Source of the DNA: a virus
Strand: one strand, 5' to 3'
IMG/VR virus record: IMGVR_UViG_3300045988_172839
Span: 174,526-238,525 of that record
Length of the DNA: 64,000 nucleotides
The notes below the pieces were generated by a model, which saw only the letters and a program-made list of their open reading frames with translations, made no database searches and had not been told where the DNA came from. Both the position numbers and the translations under genes were made by a program. Each line of letters begins with the position of its first letter. Positions within the stretch are counted from its first letter, which is position 1. Positions 38,554 through 48,111 of the stretch are shown in pieces.

Positions 38554-39930
38554 TTATTCTTCAGCTCCAAAGTCCAAAGCACTAGCTGGGTCAACGTCTA
38601 CACCCGGAGGAAGTTGACTCGCGTTTGCACCTAGACGGTTCGCTGCAGAATTTGTGATAGGGTTGGCAGAACCCCCTGCTGCTACACCTTTTTTAAGGTT
38701 TTCAGCAGTTGTTTGAATGTTCTCAACCTCAGCTTTCACTTTGTCAAGACCACCATACATTTTATCCAACTTCTCGTTTACCTCTTCGTCAGAAAGCAAT
38801 TCGCAGTTACGAACTGTTTGTACAAGGTAAAGAGCGTTATAGTGAGCTTGAGCTTCCTTGTCCCACTGCTCTTGAAGACCAAGGTATTCAGTCAAATCGT
38901 ACAAGTCAGTGAACGGAGCCACTTTTTGCATGATTTGAATGTTCAATGAAGCACCTGATTTAGAGTCTTCACTTTCGTAAGAAGCTCCACCGTTCTTCTT
39001 AGCTTTTGCAAGAGCTTGTTCATCAATCTCATAATTGAAGAGAACGAAGAACCCACCAAGTTCAGTGATACCCGGTTGTTGCGCTTGCAATTCAAAAGCT
39101 TTCATTAATTTCTCAGTGAAAGCTTTTGTAGTAAGCTTATGCCACTTCAACTCACCTTCAATCGTGTGAGCAAACTCACGTTCTGCAAACATTTGATTTC
39201 CTTCGTTATCAAGCAAAGGCGCACCTGTACTTTCGTAACGTGGAATTTGTTTTTTCACAGACGTTGGGTTTCCAGCTTCATCAAGCAAAGGATGTGTTTC
39301 TGGCGTAGTTGTAAACTTGCCATGTGCGTCCTTTGTAGTTGGAATTACCACAATAGGGAACCACATATCTGAGTTATTTTGAACTTGCAAGAACACATAC
39401 TCCATGAAGTTTTTAGTGAAGTCTTTTTCTTCTTTATACTGAGGGTCACTTGCAACCAACTCAGCTACAGAAGAATACCCTTGACGAGCTACTTCAAGCT
39501 CAATTTTCGCACGGCGCATGTCAAATGCTGCTGAAATGTAGTCACGAAGGTACTCATTGTTACCTGATTGACCGTAAGGTGCGAAGACACGGTTTTCCTC
39601 TTTTGCTTCCTCAAAGTAAGGCATTGAACCTGCCCAGTTGTTATCTTTGTCACCATTGTTAAATTTCTTCATAGTAACACTACGCATAGGTACACGGAAA
39701 GGAATCAAATCACCTTTCTCGTCAACAGTTGGGAAGCCCATGCGAGGGATGTAAACCAAAAGTTTTTGGTTTGTGTAACCGTCCTTCGCACGGTTAAAGA
39801 TTTGGATACCGAGTTCTTCTCCAAGTTCAGTGAGTGGAGAACGTTTAGCACCCGCAGTATCTTTTGCAAGGACAGCTTGCATTTGAGCCATTTGCTCTTG
39901 CGAAATTTTTGTCAAGTCTAGTTTTACCAT
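38554..39930 (-). CDS. hypothetical protein with acidic C-terminal tail (possible ssDNA-binding protein)
   Basis: 458 aa; ends DVDPASALDFGAEE, like SSB/gp32 acidic tails; GAGGT RBS; sits next to recombination genes; function is speculative. Confidence 0.55.
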   Translation of the reverse strand: MVKLDLTKISQEQMAQMQAVLAKDTAGAKRSPLTELGEELGIQIFNRAKDGYTNQKLLVYIPRMGFPTVDEKGDLIPFRVPMRSVTMKKFNNGDKDNNWAGSMPYFEEAKEENRVFAPYGQSGNNEYLRDYISAAFDMRRAKIELEVARQGYSSVAELVASDPQYKEEKDFTKNFMEYVFLQVQNNSDMWFPIVVIPTTKDAHGKFTTTPETHPLLDEAGNPTSVKKQIPRYESTGAPLLDNEGNQMFAEREFAHTIEGELKWHKLTTKAFTEKLMKAFELQAQQPGITELGGFFVLFNYEIDEQALAKAKKNGGASYESEDSKSGASLNIQIMQKVAPFTDLYDLTEYLGLQEQWDKEAQAHYNALYLVQTVRNCELLSDEEVNEKLDKMYGGLDKVKAEVENIQTTAENLKKGVAAGGSANPITNSAANRLGANASQLPPGVDVDPASALDFGAEE

Positions 39931-41416
39931 GTTTGTTTTACCTCAAGTTTTTCTAAGCAATAATTAGCATTATTTAGTAATTTAAAGCAATTTCTAAGCA
40001 ATTTAAAGCATTTTAAGCAATGTGTAACTACCGTTAGTCTTTTGTTTCTTTTGTAAAGCTTTCTATTCAGTATCTTTAGTAAAGTAAAATCTGCTAGTTT
40101 AACTAACAGTATGTAACCAAATTTTTGAAAGAGGAATTACTAAGCAACCAAATCAATTAACCAACAAATTAACAAAATCTTAGTCTATCATCCAGACCTA
40201 ACGATAGTTGTGCCTTTTGAGGTAATCTCATAAAACCAACAGTGCGACTTCTCAGCCGGACTTAAAAAGCCAACGAAAAAGGACACCCTTAACAGTGGTT
40301 ACGGTAGTCTCTACATTGGCTTTGCCTGTCATCACGACGGTCAAATAAATTAAGTGTCCTGTACGGACTTCAGTAAGCTAAACTTACTTATAAGTCATAA
40401 GCCTTTTACAACTTATGACCTGAAAAAATTTGGAAAGGAAATAGTTCAACGAGAACCACTCGGAGCTAGGAAAATAAACCTAAAAACTAGCTCCTATAAC
40501 CTAAAGACCTTTTACAATCTCTAAGTTTGAAAAGAAAGGGACAACTATGCGTTATCTAAATTGGTGAACCAAAATTCAACCATAAATCACAAATCTTTTA
40601 TAATTGGTGACCTAATAGGTTCAAAGGGTTGTTACAAATGTTAAAAACAGATATAAATGTACCATTCAATTCTTAACGCTCCACAATAACTTGCTTTGCA
40701 AGTTATTGTTTCCGCTAAAGGCATCCTACGATACCCCTAAACCCGCTCTTAAATAAAGATAAGATATAGGTTTACATTTAAAAGTTAAATTTAAGTTTTT
40801 AAACCTCGTCAGATAAATAAGTCTCAAAGACCAAGGACGGTGGGTTTTATTTGTATTCAAATGAATACAAAGATTACTTAATTTATTTAACCTTTAAAAT
40901 ACAATTAAAGAAAAGGTATTAAGATAAACTTAACTACCCTTGTGAAAGAAAAGAATAAACTTTTCCTCACAATGAGCTTTGAACCTTTTACAATTCAAAG
41001 CCCTGAACCAAAATAAATACTAGGAGAACATCAATGAGCAAACAAAGTCACGCATTAAACATTCTAAGAGGAGGGAACCAATCTCCTCTAAAAGTTGCAG
41101 ACCTCTTACAATCTACAACTCAAAAAGAAAAGAAGAAATTCTAAGATTTCTTTTGGTAAGGATGAGAAAACCTTACCTATCACATAACAACTGATTAAAG
41201 TTGCTATATGCACTACTTAATAGGAGAATCAAGTATGGAAAAATTAAGAAGTTTTGTTCAAATATTGAACACCCTACAAAATTGTAGGTATTAGTTGCAA
41301 ACCTTTTACAATCTGCAACCACAACTAAATAATATAAGGAGTGCTTACCTAACGGTAAAGTGAGCTACTTTATTAAAAATAGATCACAGTAAAGTATTTA
41401 TCAACTTTACTTATTT
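39931..41416 (-). ncRNA. 1.5-kb gene-free, hairpin-rich transcribed leader or large ncRNA candidate
   Basis: no ORF of 60 aa or more on either strand; own consensus promoter at 41417-41445; five decaloop hairpins plus many other 7-12 bp stems. Confidence 0.4.
39951..40023. repeat. about 7 phased 10-bp repeats (TTGCTTWAAA on the minus strand) just upstream of the RBS
   Basis: aagcaat / aagcatt cores recur at about 10-bp spacing. Confidence 0.8.
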
Positions 41417-41445
41417 AGTATATCACAAAAAGTAAGGTGTGTCAA
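41417..41445 (-). promoter_or_regulatory. sigma-A-type promoter (TTGACA-N17-TATACT) firing into the gene-free segment
   Basis: TATACT at 41417-41422 and TTGACA at 41440-41445. Confidence 0.6.
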
Positions 41446-41488
41446 GAGTTTTCTTTACTTTTTACTACTTTTTCTATTCTATAGTTTT

Positions 41489-41827
41489 TTAACGAATGCG
41501 TTCCAAACGCAAATGTACGACTACATTATCTTTGTAATCTGTGCGGTCAATGTCACGTTGCAAACGGTAAGAAATGTAATGCTCCGCAATTTGGAGATAT
41601 CCATTTGAGAGGAGTTTGTTTTCTACCAAAGCTTGAACCATAGAAATGGTAATATTCCCAGAGTGAGACTCTTCTAACTCTACTTCAACACTCTTAGCAA
41701 TTTTAGCTAAATTCTGTCTCAAATCATCACTCACTACAAATACAGACTGCGCTGCTTTAATCAAAGCACCGTAAATCTTATTAGCGTCAAAACCCTCTAA
41801 TTGACCGTTACGTTTTACAATTTTCAT
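41489..41827 (-). CDS. stand-alone ATP-cone domain protein
   Basis: MKIVKRNGQLEGFDANKIYGALIKAAQ matches the ATP-cone N-terminus of NrdR/NrdA/NrdD. Confidence 0.6.
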   Translation of the reverse strand: MKIVKRNGQLEGFDANKIYGALIKAAQSVFVVSDDLRQNLAKIAKSVEVELEESHSGNITISMVQALVENKLLSNGYLQIAEHYISYRLQRDIDRTDYKDNVVVHLRLERIR

Positions 41828-41846
41828 GTGTTACCTGCTTTCATTT

Positions 41847-42083
41847 TTAATTTTTATAATCGCGAATAAAACGACCATCTACAAATTGGTCTACTGAACT
41901 AAAGTTGATTAAGTGAGGAGCATCCTCAGAAATGTACTCTATCTTAATCGAATCTGTATCGCTACAATAAACAATGTCTGTAACCATTATTGCTACAGGC
42001 TCAAACTCAACAGTCAACCACTCAGAACCAATACCAATCCAGTTTTTCCAATAGTTTATCTTATCTTCTATAGTTACTTCCAT
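41847..42083 (-). CDS. DUF1653-like small protein
   Basis: C-terminal VDQFVDGRFIRDY, paralogous to 42061..42339. Confidence 0.4.
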   Translation of the reverse strand: MEVTIEDKINYWKNWIGIGSEWLTVEFEPVAIMVTDIVYCSDTDSIKIEYISEDAPHLINFSSVDQFVDGRFIRDYKN

Positions 42084-42339
42084 CTGTTACCTCATCTTTA
42101 AACAAAACCTCTCGCTTAAATCGACCATCTAAAAATTCATCTAATGGACGGAGCCAGTGTAGACGATTAGCATCTCCAAGGCGCTTATAGGATACCGCAA
42201 GAGTTAAATCAGACTCCACTATTACAATGTCTTTAACAGTGTAAAGGTTGTCTGTCTTTAAATGTCGCCAAAGAGAACCTATGGGAACTTCTTTACGTTT
42301 AAGAGATAAATCTTCTTGCACTTCTTCTAGTGATTTCAT
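42061..42339 (-). CDS. DUF1653-like small protein
   Basis: WRHLKTDNLYTV ... HWLRPLDEFLDGRFKRE pattern. Confidence 0.45.
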   Translation of the reverse strand: MKSLEEVQEDLSLKRKEVPIGSLWRHLKTDNLYTVKDIVIVESDLTLAVSYKRLGDANRLHWLRPLDEFLDGRFKREVLFKDEVTDGSNYRR

Positions 42340-43106
42340 AAACTCAACCTCTCCACTACCGCTGCCTTGTTTTCTACCAAAGGAACTAATACCTCATGTA
42401 TCTGAGAACCAAATAAACTTAAAAAGTTGTCTATATCTTTTACTTGAAATGAAAGTCCTTCGCCAAATTGATACCGCTTCTCTTCCACATATAAGAAAGT
42501 TGAATTAGTAGGTACTTGCCACTTCTTCTTTAGCAACGCTTTTTGCCCTGCTTCATCATTATCCGGAACACAAATTACCTTGTCGAACAAGTTAAGAACT
42601 GCTCCCTTATAAGCATTTACGTCCGCTCCCATAGTCGCAATAGCTGGTACACCATAAGCGTCCAAATGAAGAGCATCGAAAATACCTTCAACCACCACTA
42701 CAGAACCTCGATACCGCTTGTCACCGTTAAAGGACTTATCTAAGGCTCGATCTAAATTGAACCAATGACTTTCTTTAGAGAAGTCTTTGTCAGCAATAGT
42801 GTAGTATTTTGGAAACCCTTTTCGCCAACCTACTAAAGTTGCAATCGAACCATCTGCGTTACGAATAGGTACAACCACTCGACCTTCTAAAGTAAAAGTT
42901 CCTTTATCTAACCAACCTACCTCATCTAAGGCATTCATCAACTCAATATTAACTGAAGGACTTGTTGCGAAACCTAAATAATTCTCAATCAAATAAGACT
43001 TAATCTCATCATGAATGTACTTTCGCTGAGTGGCGACTTCGGATACCGAGTCTAAATCGATAAGGTGTGACTTAACCAATTCAAAAACTTCTTCTTTGGT
43101 TCTCAA
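42336..43106 (-). CDS. TOPRIM-domain primase-like protein
   Basis: VVVVEGIFDALHL and VICVPDNDEAGQKA (TOPRIM E and DxD motifs); no zinc-binding domain seen. Confidence 0.6.
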   Translation of the reverse strand: MRTKEEVFELVKSHLIDLDSVSEVATQRKYIHDEIKSYLIENYLGFATSPSVNIELMNALDEVGWLDKGTFTLEGRVVVPIRNADGSIATLVGWRKGFPKYYTIADKDFSKESHWFNLDRALDKSFNGDKRYRGSVVVVEGIFDALHLDAYGVPAIATMGADVNAYKGAVLNLFDKVICVPDNDEAGQKALLKKKWQVPTNSTFLYVEEKRYQFGEGLSFQVKDIDNFLSLFGSQIHEVLVPLVENKAAVVERLSL

Positions 43107-43140
43107 CGTATAAATTCTTCCTTTCCTTTAAATTTCTTTT

Positions 43141-43169
43141 ATTATAGCACAAAAACGCAAAGAAAACAA
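43141..43169 (-). promoter_or_regulatory. sigma-A-type promoter (TTGTTT-N17-TATAAT, TGn)
   Basis: TATAAT at 43141-43146, with TG at -15/-14. Confidence 0.5.
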
Positions 43170-43185
43170 GTACATGACTTGTTTT
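43164..43185 (-). terminator. intrinsic terminator
   Basis: aaaacaagt/acttgtttt hairpin after the stop of 43196..43942. Confidence 0.55.
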
Positions 43186-43195
43186 CCAGACTATA

Positions 43196-43942
43196 TCAAA
43201 GAACTTGACTATTAGGTACGTCTGAGCTTGCTAAACTTAAAAGTAAATTCTGAATGTAGAGCAAGCAAACTCTATGAGATACCCCATTAACTGCATCTTT
43301 TGGTTTAAAGTTCTTAAAGGACTGTAAACCTATCTCTAAAGCATCAGATTGCGACCATCGGGGATTTAAGTTAAAAGAACAACTGTATTGAGCTAATAAA
43401 TCTAAAATCTCACCCTTCGAAATTCCGTTTGGGAACTTATATGCAATAATGTTATAAACATCAACCTTATCTTTTGCTCGACGATCCACATATCTATTGC
43501 ACATTTGGATTTTTCTTGCTAAAGAGTGTTCAATCGGAAGAACTTCGTACTGCCAAGTTCCTAAATTTGAGCTGAAGTCAATCTTCAAACAAGGAGTTAC
43601 GCAAGTACCGTTTGTTACTTGGAACTTATAAATAACTGAAGTCTCACGGACTTTTATCGGTTTGAAGGATACCGTTAGACCTAGTTCATTTAGTCTCAAT
43701 GCGAAACGGTCTTGAAACGTAAAGTAATCAAGCTCAGATAAATCGCCAAAGTAGTCTAAATCTAAATCCGTAGTTTCCCTTGTCTCTTCTGCTAAGTCAA
43801 TCAAACCCGCAAAGTAGTTCGAGTAAATCGCATGAGCGCCCACTACTGTAATCTTGTTTGCTAAACCTAAATCTTCTTGCAAAGTACGAAAAGCCAAGTT
43901 TAATAAGTCATTGTAAGTGCGTTTTGTTTTAAGATTAAACAA
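43196..43942 (-). CDS. nucleotidyltransferase-fold (AbiEii-like) protein, tentative
   Basis: VVGAHAIYS ... RETTDLDLDY resembles the GG/GS..R.S/T.D.D NTase motif. Confidence 0.3.
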   Translation of the reverse strand: MFNLKTKRTYNDLLNLAFRTLQEDLGLANKITVVGAHAIYSNYFAGLIDLAEETRETTDLDLDYFGDLSELDYFTFQDRFALRLNELGLTVSFKPIKVRETSVIYKFQVTNGTCVTPCLKIDFSSNLGTWQYEVLPIEHSLARKIQMCNRYVDRRAKDKVDVYNIIAYKFPNGISKGEILDLLAQYSCSFNLNPRWSQSDALEIGLQSFKNFKPKDAVNGVSHRVCLLYIQNLLLSLASSDVPNSQVL

Positions 43943-43978
43943 TGTATAGCTCCTTTCCTAGTAGTTTTATTGCTAATT

Positions 43979-44007
43979 ATTTTAACACAAAACAGTAGAA
44001 AAATCAA
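43979..44007 (-). promoter_or_regulatory. sigma-A-type promoter (TTGATT-N17-TAAAAT, TGn)
   Basis: hexamers at 44002-44007 and 43979-43984. Confidence 0.5.
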
Positions 44008-44039
44008 CCCTCTACGAGAGTTGACCGTTCCAATCCTAT

Positions 44040-44414
44040 TTAGTTCTTCAACTGTTTCAAAACTTCAAATAGCATTGTAATATCCGGTGCTAAGTACGTT
44101 TGAACTGATAACAAAGCGTAATCAACCAAGCACAATACTAGGAAGGATACCGCTAGGTATTTGAGCCACTTCTTTCGAATAGCAGTTACTTCTTCCTCAA
44201 GTTCATCTTCTAAATCTGAGTGGTACTTAAATCCTACATAAATTAAGACACCTAGTACAATCAAGGCAGTGAAACTTAGAAAGTCGTTCCAAAGGTCAAA
44301 AACCTTATAAATTTGCCACTGAGAGCGTAGTTGTGGGTAGTTTCCTACAAATTGTTGTACCAAATCGGTGCTTACATTTGGCGATTTTGCTAGTTCATCA
44401 AATAATTTATCCAC
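44040..44414 (-). CDS. membrane protein
   Basis: 124 aa with two hydrophobic helices. Confidence 0.5.
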   Translation of the reverse strand: MDKLFDELAKSPNVSTDLVQQFVGNYPQLRSQWQIYKVFDLWNDFLSFTALIVLGVLIYVGFKYHSDLEDELEEEVTAIRKKWLKYLAVSFLVLCLVDYALLSVQTYLAPDITMLFEVLKQLKN

Positions 44415-44756
44415 TTAGTTTACCCCCCTCAAAAATAAAGACTTTCCTAATTCATCATAATTAAGAATAAGCAGTTTGTAATTGGTATTCACAACTTCTA
44501 GTGAAATGCGATCTTGAGCTTCACTTACCTCAAATGTTACATAACTATTTAATAAAATCGAACTTATAGTCTCAATTACGTTATCTACGCTCAAATAAGA
44601 CTGTTGATAAGAAATAGAATCGTGTCCGAGTCTATCTTCTTCAAATTTTGAGACTACATAGCGTGCGTTTTTCTTTAAATGTCTTCTCAGTTTCCTAATA
44701 ACTTCTTCTGTTGAGTAAACTGTTAAACGTTTTGGTTTTGAGTGTTCAGGAAACAT
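44415..44756 (-). CDS. hypothetical protein
   Basis: 113-aa ORF in array. Confidence 0.45.
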   Translation of the reverse strand: MFPEHSKPKRLTVYSTEEVIRKLRRHLKKNARYVVSKFEEDRLGHDSISYQQSYLSVDNVIETISSILLNSYVTFEVSEAQDRISLEVVNTNYKLLILNYDELGKSLFLRGVN

Positions 44757-44775
44757 TTAGATACCCTTTCTAAAT

Positions 44776-45024
44776 TTATTTTGTAAGGAGCAAGTCTAAA
44801 CCGTTTGTATACTGTTTCGATAAGTATAAAAGTTCTTCCTCAGAAATATAAGTAATACCCTTACGCTTTATATAAGACCAAGTTCTGTTGTACATCTCAT
44901 CAGGTACAGACAACCAACCGTAGTCATCTCTAAAGAAAATCTTCAATATTTGGTCTTGAACCATGAAAATAGTTTGGTCTCCGTTTTTAAAGTTAATACG
45001 AAAAGGTTTTAATTCTTCAATCAT
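44776..45024 (-). CDS. hypothetical protein
   Basis: 82-aa ORF in array. Confidence 0.45.
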   Translation of the reverse strand: MIEELKPFRINFKNGDQTIFMVQDQILKIFFRDDYGWLSVPDEMYNRTWSYIKRKGITYISEEELLYLSKQYTNGLDLLLTK

Positions 45025-45027
45025 ATT

Positions 45028-45171
45028 TTAGTCCTCAAATTCACTACGCATTTCTTCAACAAAATCGTCTGAGATTAAACCTTGTTTTAAAGCTTCTTCC
45101 ACTACAAATTCCTTAACTAAAAGCTCATTTAACTCCGTCAAAGGTAAAGAAACCATCTGTGTTTGTGTCAT
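45028..45171 (-). CDS. small hypothetical protein (47 aa, not in ORF track)
   Basis: ATG..TAA ORF MTQTQMVSLPLTELNELLVKEF...EFED exactly fills the gap between two genes. Confidence 0.35.
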   Translation of the reverse strand: MTQTQMVSLPLTELNELLVKEFVVEEALKQGLISDDFVEEMRSEFED

Positions 45172-45172
45172 A

Positions 45173-45535
45173 CTATTTTCCTTTCAATTCTTCTTCATAA
45201 TGAGTTACAAGCTCTTCCATATAACGTCTAGTCCAACGTTTAATTTTGGCGAGTTGACCTACTGATAGTAAACTAATTTCATATAGAGGAGCTAACGTAC
45301 TTTTACGTACCCAATCAAAACTCGTATCTGGCCAAATATATCCCTCACAAACAGTTGTGCCACCTAGGGAATAATCCTCTATTTCAACATTTAGTGGACT
45401 AATTGAATCAGAATAGATAAAAACTTCTAATTTCAATTCTTTATCTTTCAACTTCTCATTCAGTAAGGAGTTCAACTCCATAGAGCACCCTTTTAAGTCT
45501 TTAGGGTCGCTTTTTACTAATTGTGCTTTTGCCAT
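45173..45535 (-). CDS. hypothetical protein
   Basis: 120-aa ORF in array. Confidence 0.5.
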   Translation of the reverse strand: MAKAQLVKSDPKDLKGCSMELNSLLNEKLKDKELKLEVFIYSDSISPLNVEIEDYSLGGTTVCEGYIWPDTSFDWVRKSTLAPLYEISLLSVGQLAKIKRWTRRYMEELVTHYEEELKGK

Positions 45536-45547
45536 ATTATACCTCTT

Positions 45548-46219
45548 TTAACTAAAATACTCAGAATCACAAGATACTCCAAGTAAACCTTCTACTAATG
45601 TTTTATTAATCAAAGAAAAAGGAAAACCAGACTCAAAATGGGATACCCAAATATCACTAATAACTAAATCCTTAGTAGTGAATTCCTGCAAGAGATTACG
45701 TTTTACAAGAGCATGAGGTAACACTTTAAAGTCTACTTGACATCGAATACGTTTCAGTTTCATCCCCTGATGTGAGAACTCAAACACTAATTTATTAGCT
45801 TTCACATCCGTCTCAAAATAACCAAATGTAATTTCACCCCTATAACACTCACCAAACCACTTAGATAGTGGACTAGTTTCGTAAATAAGCGTTTCAATAG
45901 AAGTAACGGAACAAGACTTTTCAAACTCTTTTAACTTATTAACCTTAGTAGAACAATATAATCGTAAAACCTCTTGATATTGCTCTAATTGTAATAAACG
46001 TTGAAGAAGGTCTATAAATTGCTCCTCAGTTTCAATCAGAAAATCATCTCGATCATCTGTTTTGGGTTTATACCCCTTAGGATGAACAGAAGTTTGCAAA
46101 AATTCTTTTAAACTAGGCATTAAATCAACCTCCAACCTTATCTGAAACTTCGTATAGCAAACAAATAGACTCGTGGAAGTCATTAGCAGATACCCCACTA
46201 TCAGCAAATCCTGAAACAT
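45548..46219 (-). CDS. hypothetical protein
   Basis: 223-aa ORF; start uncertain because of overlap with 46125..46349. Confidence 0.45.
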   Translation of the reverse strand: MFQDLLIVGYLLMTSTSLFVCYTKFQIRLEVDLMPSLKEFLQTSVHPKGYKPKTDDRDDFLIETEEQFIDLLQRLLQLEQYQEVLRLYCSTKVNKLKEFEKSCSVTSIETLIYETSPLSKWFGECYRGEITFGYFETDVKANKLVFEFSHQGMKLKRIRCQVDFKVLPHALVKRNLLQEFTTKDLVISDIWVSHFESGFPFSLINKTLVEGLLGVSCDSEYFS

Positions 46220-46349
46220 TTGCTTGATAGCGCATATCTAAAACTCTAACATTTGGATTTTCTGCTAACCACTTATTTGCTTTCTCGTCTGCACTAACCC
46301 AATTCTCCCTAAAACCAGAGTCCGTTGTAAAAATCTTAATTTGTTGCAT
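46125..46349 (-). CDS. hypothetical protein
   Basis: 74-aa ORF in array. Confidence 0.4.
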   Translation of the reverse strand: MQQIKIFTTDSGFRENWVSADEKANKWLAENPNVRVLDMRYQANVSGFADSGVSANDFHESICLLYEVSDKVGG

Positions 46350-46854
46350 CTTTTAAGTCCTTTTCCTTAACCCACTTACCATCTACAACTTGACCTTTTC
46401 GGTCTTTAATTTCTTCCCAAGCGTGTTCAACACAGTCAGTTAGGTTCCAACCGTAGTGTTTTGCAATGTGTTTTAAATCTGCAACAACATCTCGCAAAAC
46501 CCAGATACCGCTTGCACCTGAGAAAATCAAATTTGTAGAGATAGCGATTTGGTCTAGGTGGAAACCCAAATAATTAGACTCACCTTTATCTATCCACCAA
46601 AATTCTTCAAAAAAGTTATGCTCACCCTTTGAAAATTGCTGCACGTAGATAATCAAAGTGACTATAATATCACCCAAAGAGTCTTTCAATTCAAGTGTGT
46701 TACCTCGGTAATAAGCACCGAAGAGTTCTCCAAACTCTTCCATAATCTTGTAGCGTTGCTCTTGATAAGATAACTTGTTGATACCCCTAGCCCTAGACCA
46801 CTCTTCGATTTTGGTAATCAAGAGGGGCATTTCTTTTAATTCATTTGTAATCAT
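46336..46854 (-). CDS. MazG-like nucleotide pyrophosphohydrolase
   Basis: IMEEFGELFGAYYRG ... LKDSLGDIIVTLIIY (EExxE ... D motif of all-alpha NTP-PPases). Confidence 0.6.
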   Translation of the reverse strand: MITNELKEMPLLITKIEEWSRARGINKLSYQEQRYKIMEEFGELFGAYYRGNTLELKDSLGDIIVTLIIYVQQFSKGEHNFFEEFWWIDKGESNYLGFHLDQIAISTNLIFSGASGIWVLRDVVADLKHIAKHYGWNLTDCVEHAWEEIKDRKGQVVDGKWVKEKDLKDATN

Positions 46855-46857
46855 AAA

Positions 46858-47139
46858 CTAAGCTCCGTAAATATAGTCTACAATTTCATTAACCGTTGAA
46901 AATTGCAACTCATCTGTTGGATATAACAGCAAAACATCTGCTAGAGGAGTTGAGTGATCCACACAATAATACTTAATTGTGTTTGTTTTGAAATCTACTC
47001 TGAAAATTTCCTTAACATGATTCGCTTTTAACCGCTCAAAATACAATTTCCACTTTGTTTTACGTGCAATATGCTCATAACCCGTGTCCATGTATTCTGA
47101 CAACTCTTTAATTAAATCTTGCATCATGATTTTTACCAC
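46858..47139 (-). CDS. hypothetical protein
   Basis: 93-aa ORF in array. Confidence 0.45.
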   Translation of the reverse strand: MVKIMMQDLIKELSEYMDTGYEHIARKTKWKLYFERLKANHVKEIFRVDFKTNTIKYYCVDHSTPLADVLLLYPTDELQFSTVNEIVDYIYGA

Positions 47140-47146
47140 CTTTTAA

Positions 47147-47641
47147 TTATTTCTGTTCCTTATTTTTAATCAAATCAGCGTTTTCATAAAGGTTCCCCAC
47201 AATCGTAAAATCATCTGACAACTGTAGAAAATCACTCAATACTCTCATATTATCTTCATAGATAGAAGACCACAAAGCTGATTCCTCCAATAAACCATAT
47301 TTGCTCTTTGTTAGTAAGAACTCGAAACCGTTAAACTCCAAAGCAAAGTAGTTCTCAATCTGAGTTTCACCATAAGCTTCGTCTTGGTTTTCACAAAAAC
47401 CACCATCACTAAAGTACACTGTATCAGCAACTTTAATAATAGCCCCTGCAAATAGAGGTTGACCTTTAGAGTCTACAAAGGGAGTTTGAGGTAAGAGGAT
47501 ACTCTCAGACAGTGGGATGAACTGTTTAAAGTCATCTTCATGTACTGGATAAATCTCCCCTTGCACATAATCGATTCCTGCTACTTGGAACATCTGTTTA
47601 GTTTTGGTGTCCCATACTTTGTAAGTCATTGTGTTGTTCAT
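47147..47641 (-). CDS. YopX-like protein
   Basis: YKVWDTKTKQM N-terminus and C-terminal IVGNLYENADLI, typical of the YopX family. Confidence 0.5.
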   Translation of the reverse strand: MNNTMTYKVWDTKTKQMFQVAGIDYVQGEIYPVHEDDFKQFIPLSESILLPQTPFVDSKGQPLFAGAIIKVADTVYFSDGGFCENQDEAYGETQIENYFALEFNGFEFLLTKSKYGLLEESALWSSIYEDNMRVLSDFLQLSDDFTIVGNLYENADLIKNKEQK

Positions 47642-47649
47642 GAAATCCT

Positions 47650-48111
47650 TTATTTACCTTTCAGCGCTTTATAAAGCAAACCAACCAAAACTTCTTTTTC
47701 TTGAGTCTCTAAAAACCAACACAAGTCCAAATCAGAGTCAATCGGAAATTCATCCAAAGAGCGCGTACCGTTTACAACCTCTACAAGTTCGGAAACCGAA
47801 ACCTTATAATGGTTTGAATCTCGGAAACCTACATAATCATTGCAAAGAAAGACAGTTTCAGTTTCAAAGTCATAGTAATACTTATTAACCCCTTTAACTA
47901 AAGAAACACCACGAAACTGTTTACATAGTTCAGACTCAAATTCTACCAACTCAGTCAAACCTACTAAAGTGTAAGAATCTGGGTAAGTAGGTAAATCTTT
48001 TAAAGCAAAGTCCGTTAACTGACCTTCTGTATGTAATTTTTGTAGCTGTTTCAAATTAAGCTTCATCTTAAATTCCTTCCAATAAATCCTTGTTTTGATA
48101 AATGTTGCCAA
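47650..48111 (-). CDS. hypothetical protein
   Basis: 153-aa ORF in array. Confidence 0.45.
   Translation of the reverse strand: MATFIKTRIYWKEFKMKLNLKQLQKLHTEGQLTDFALKDLPTYPDSYTLVGLTELVEFESELCKQFRGVSLVKGVNKYYYDFETETVFLCNDYVGFRDSNHYKVSVSELVEVVNGTRSLDEFPIDSDLDLCWFLETQEKEVLVGLLYKALKGK

Noticed and set aside
39931-41827. The ATP-cone ORF as exon 1 of an intron-split ribonucleotide reductase, with the 1.5-kb gap as a group I intron
   Set aside because: No downstream ORF with RNR motifs follows; the next gene is unrelated. A consensus promoter sits at the start of the gap, and I could not identify group I core elements by eye. A covariance-model search would still be worthwhile.
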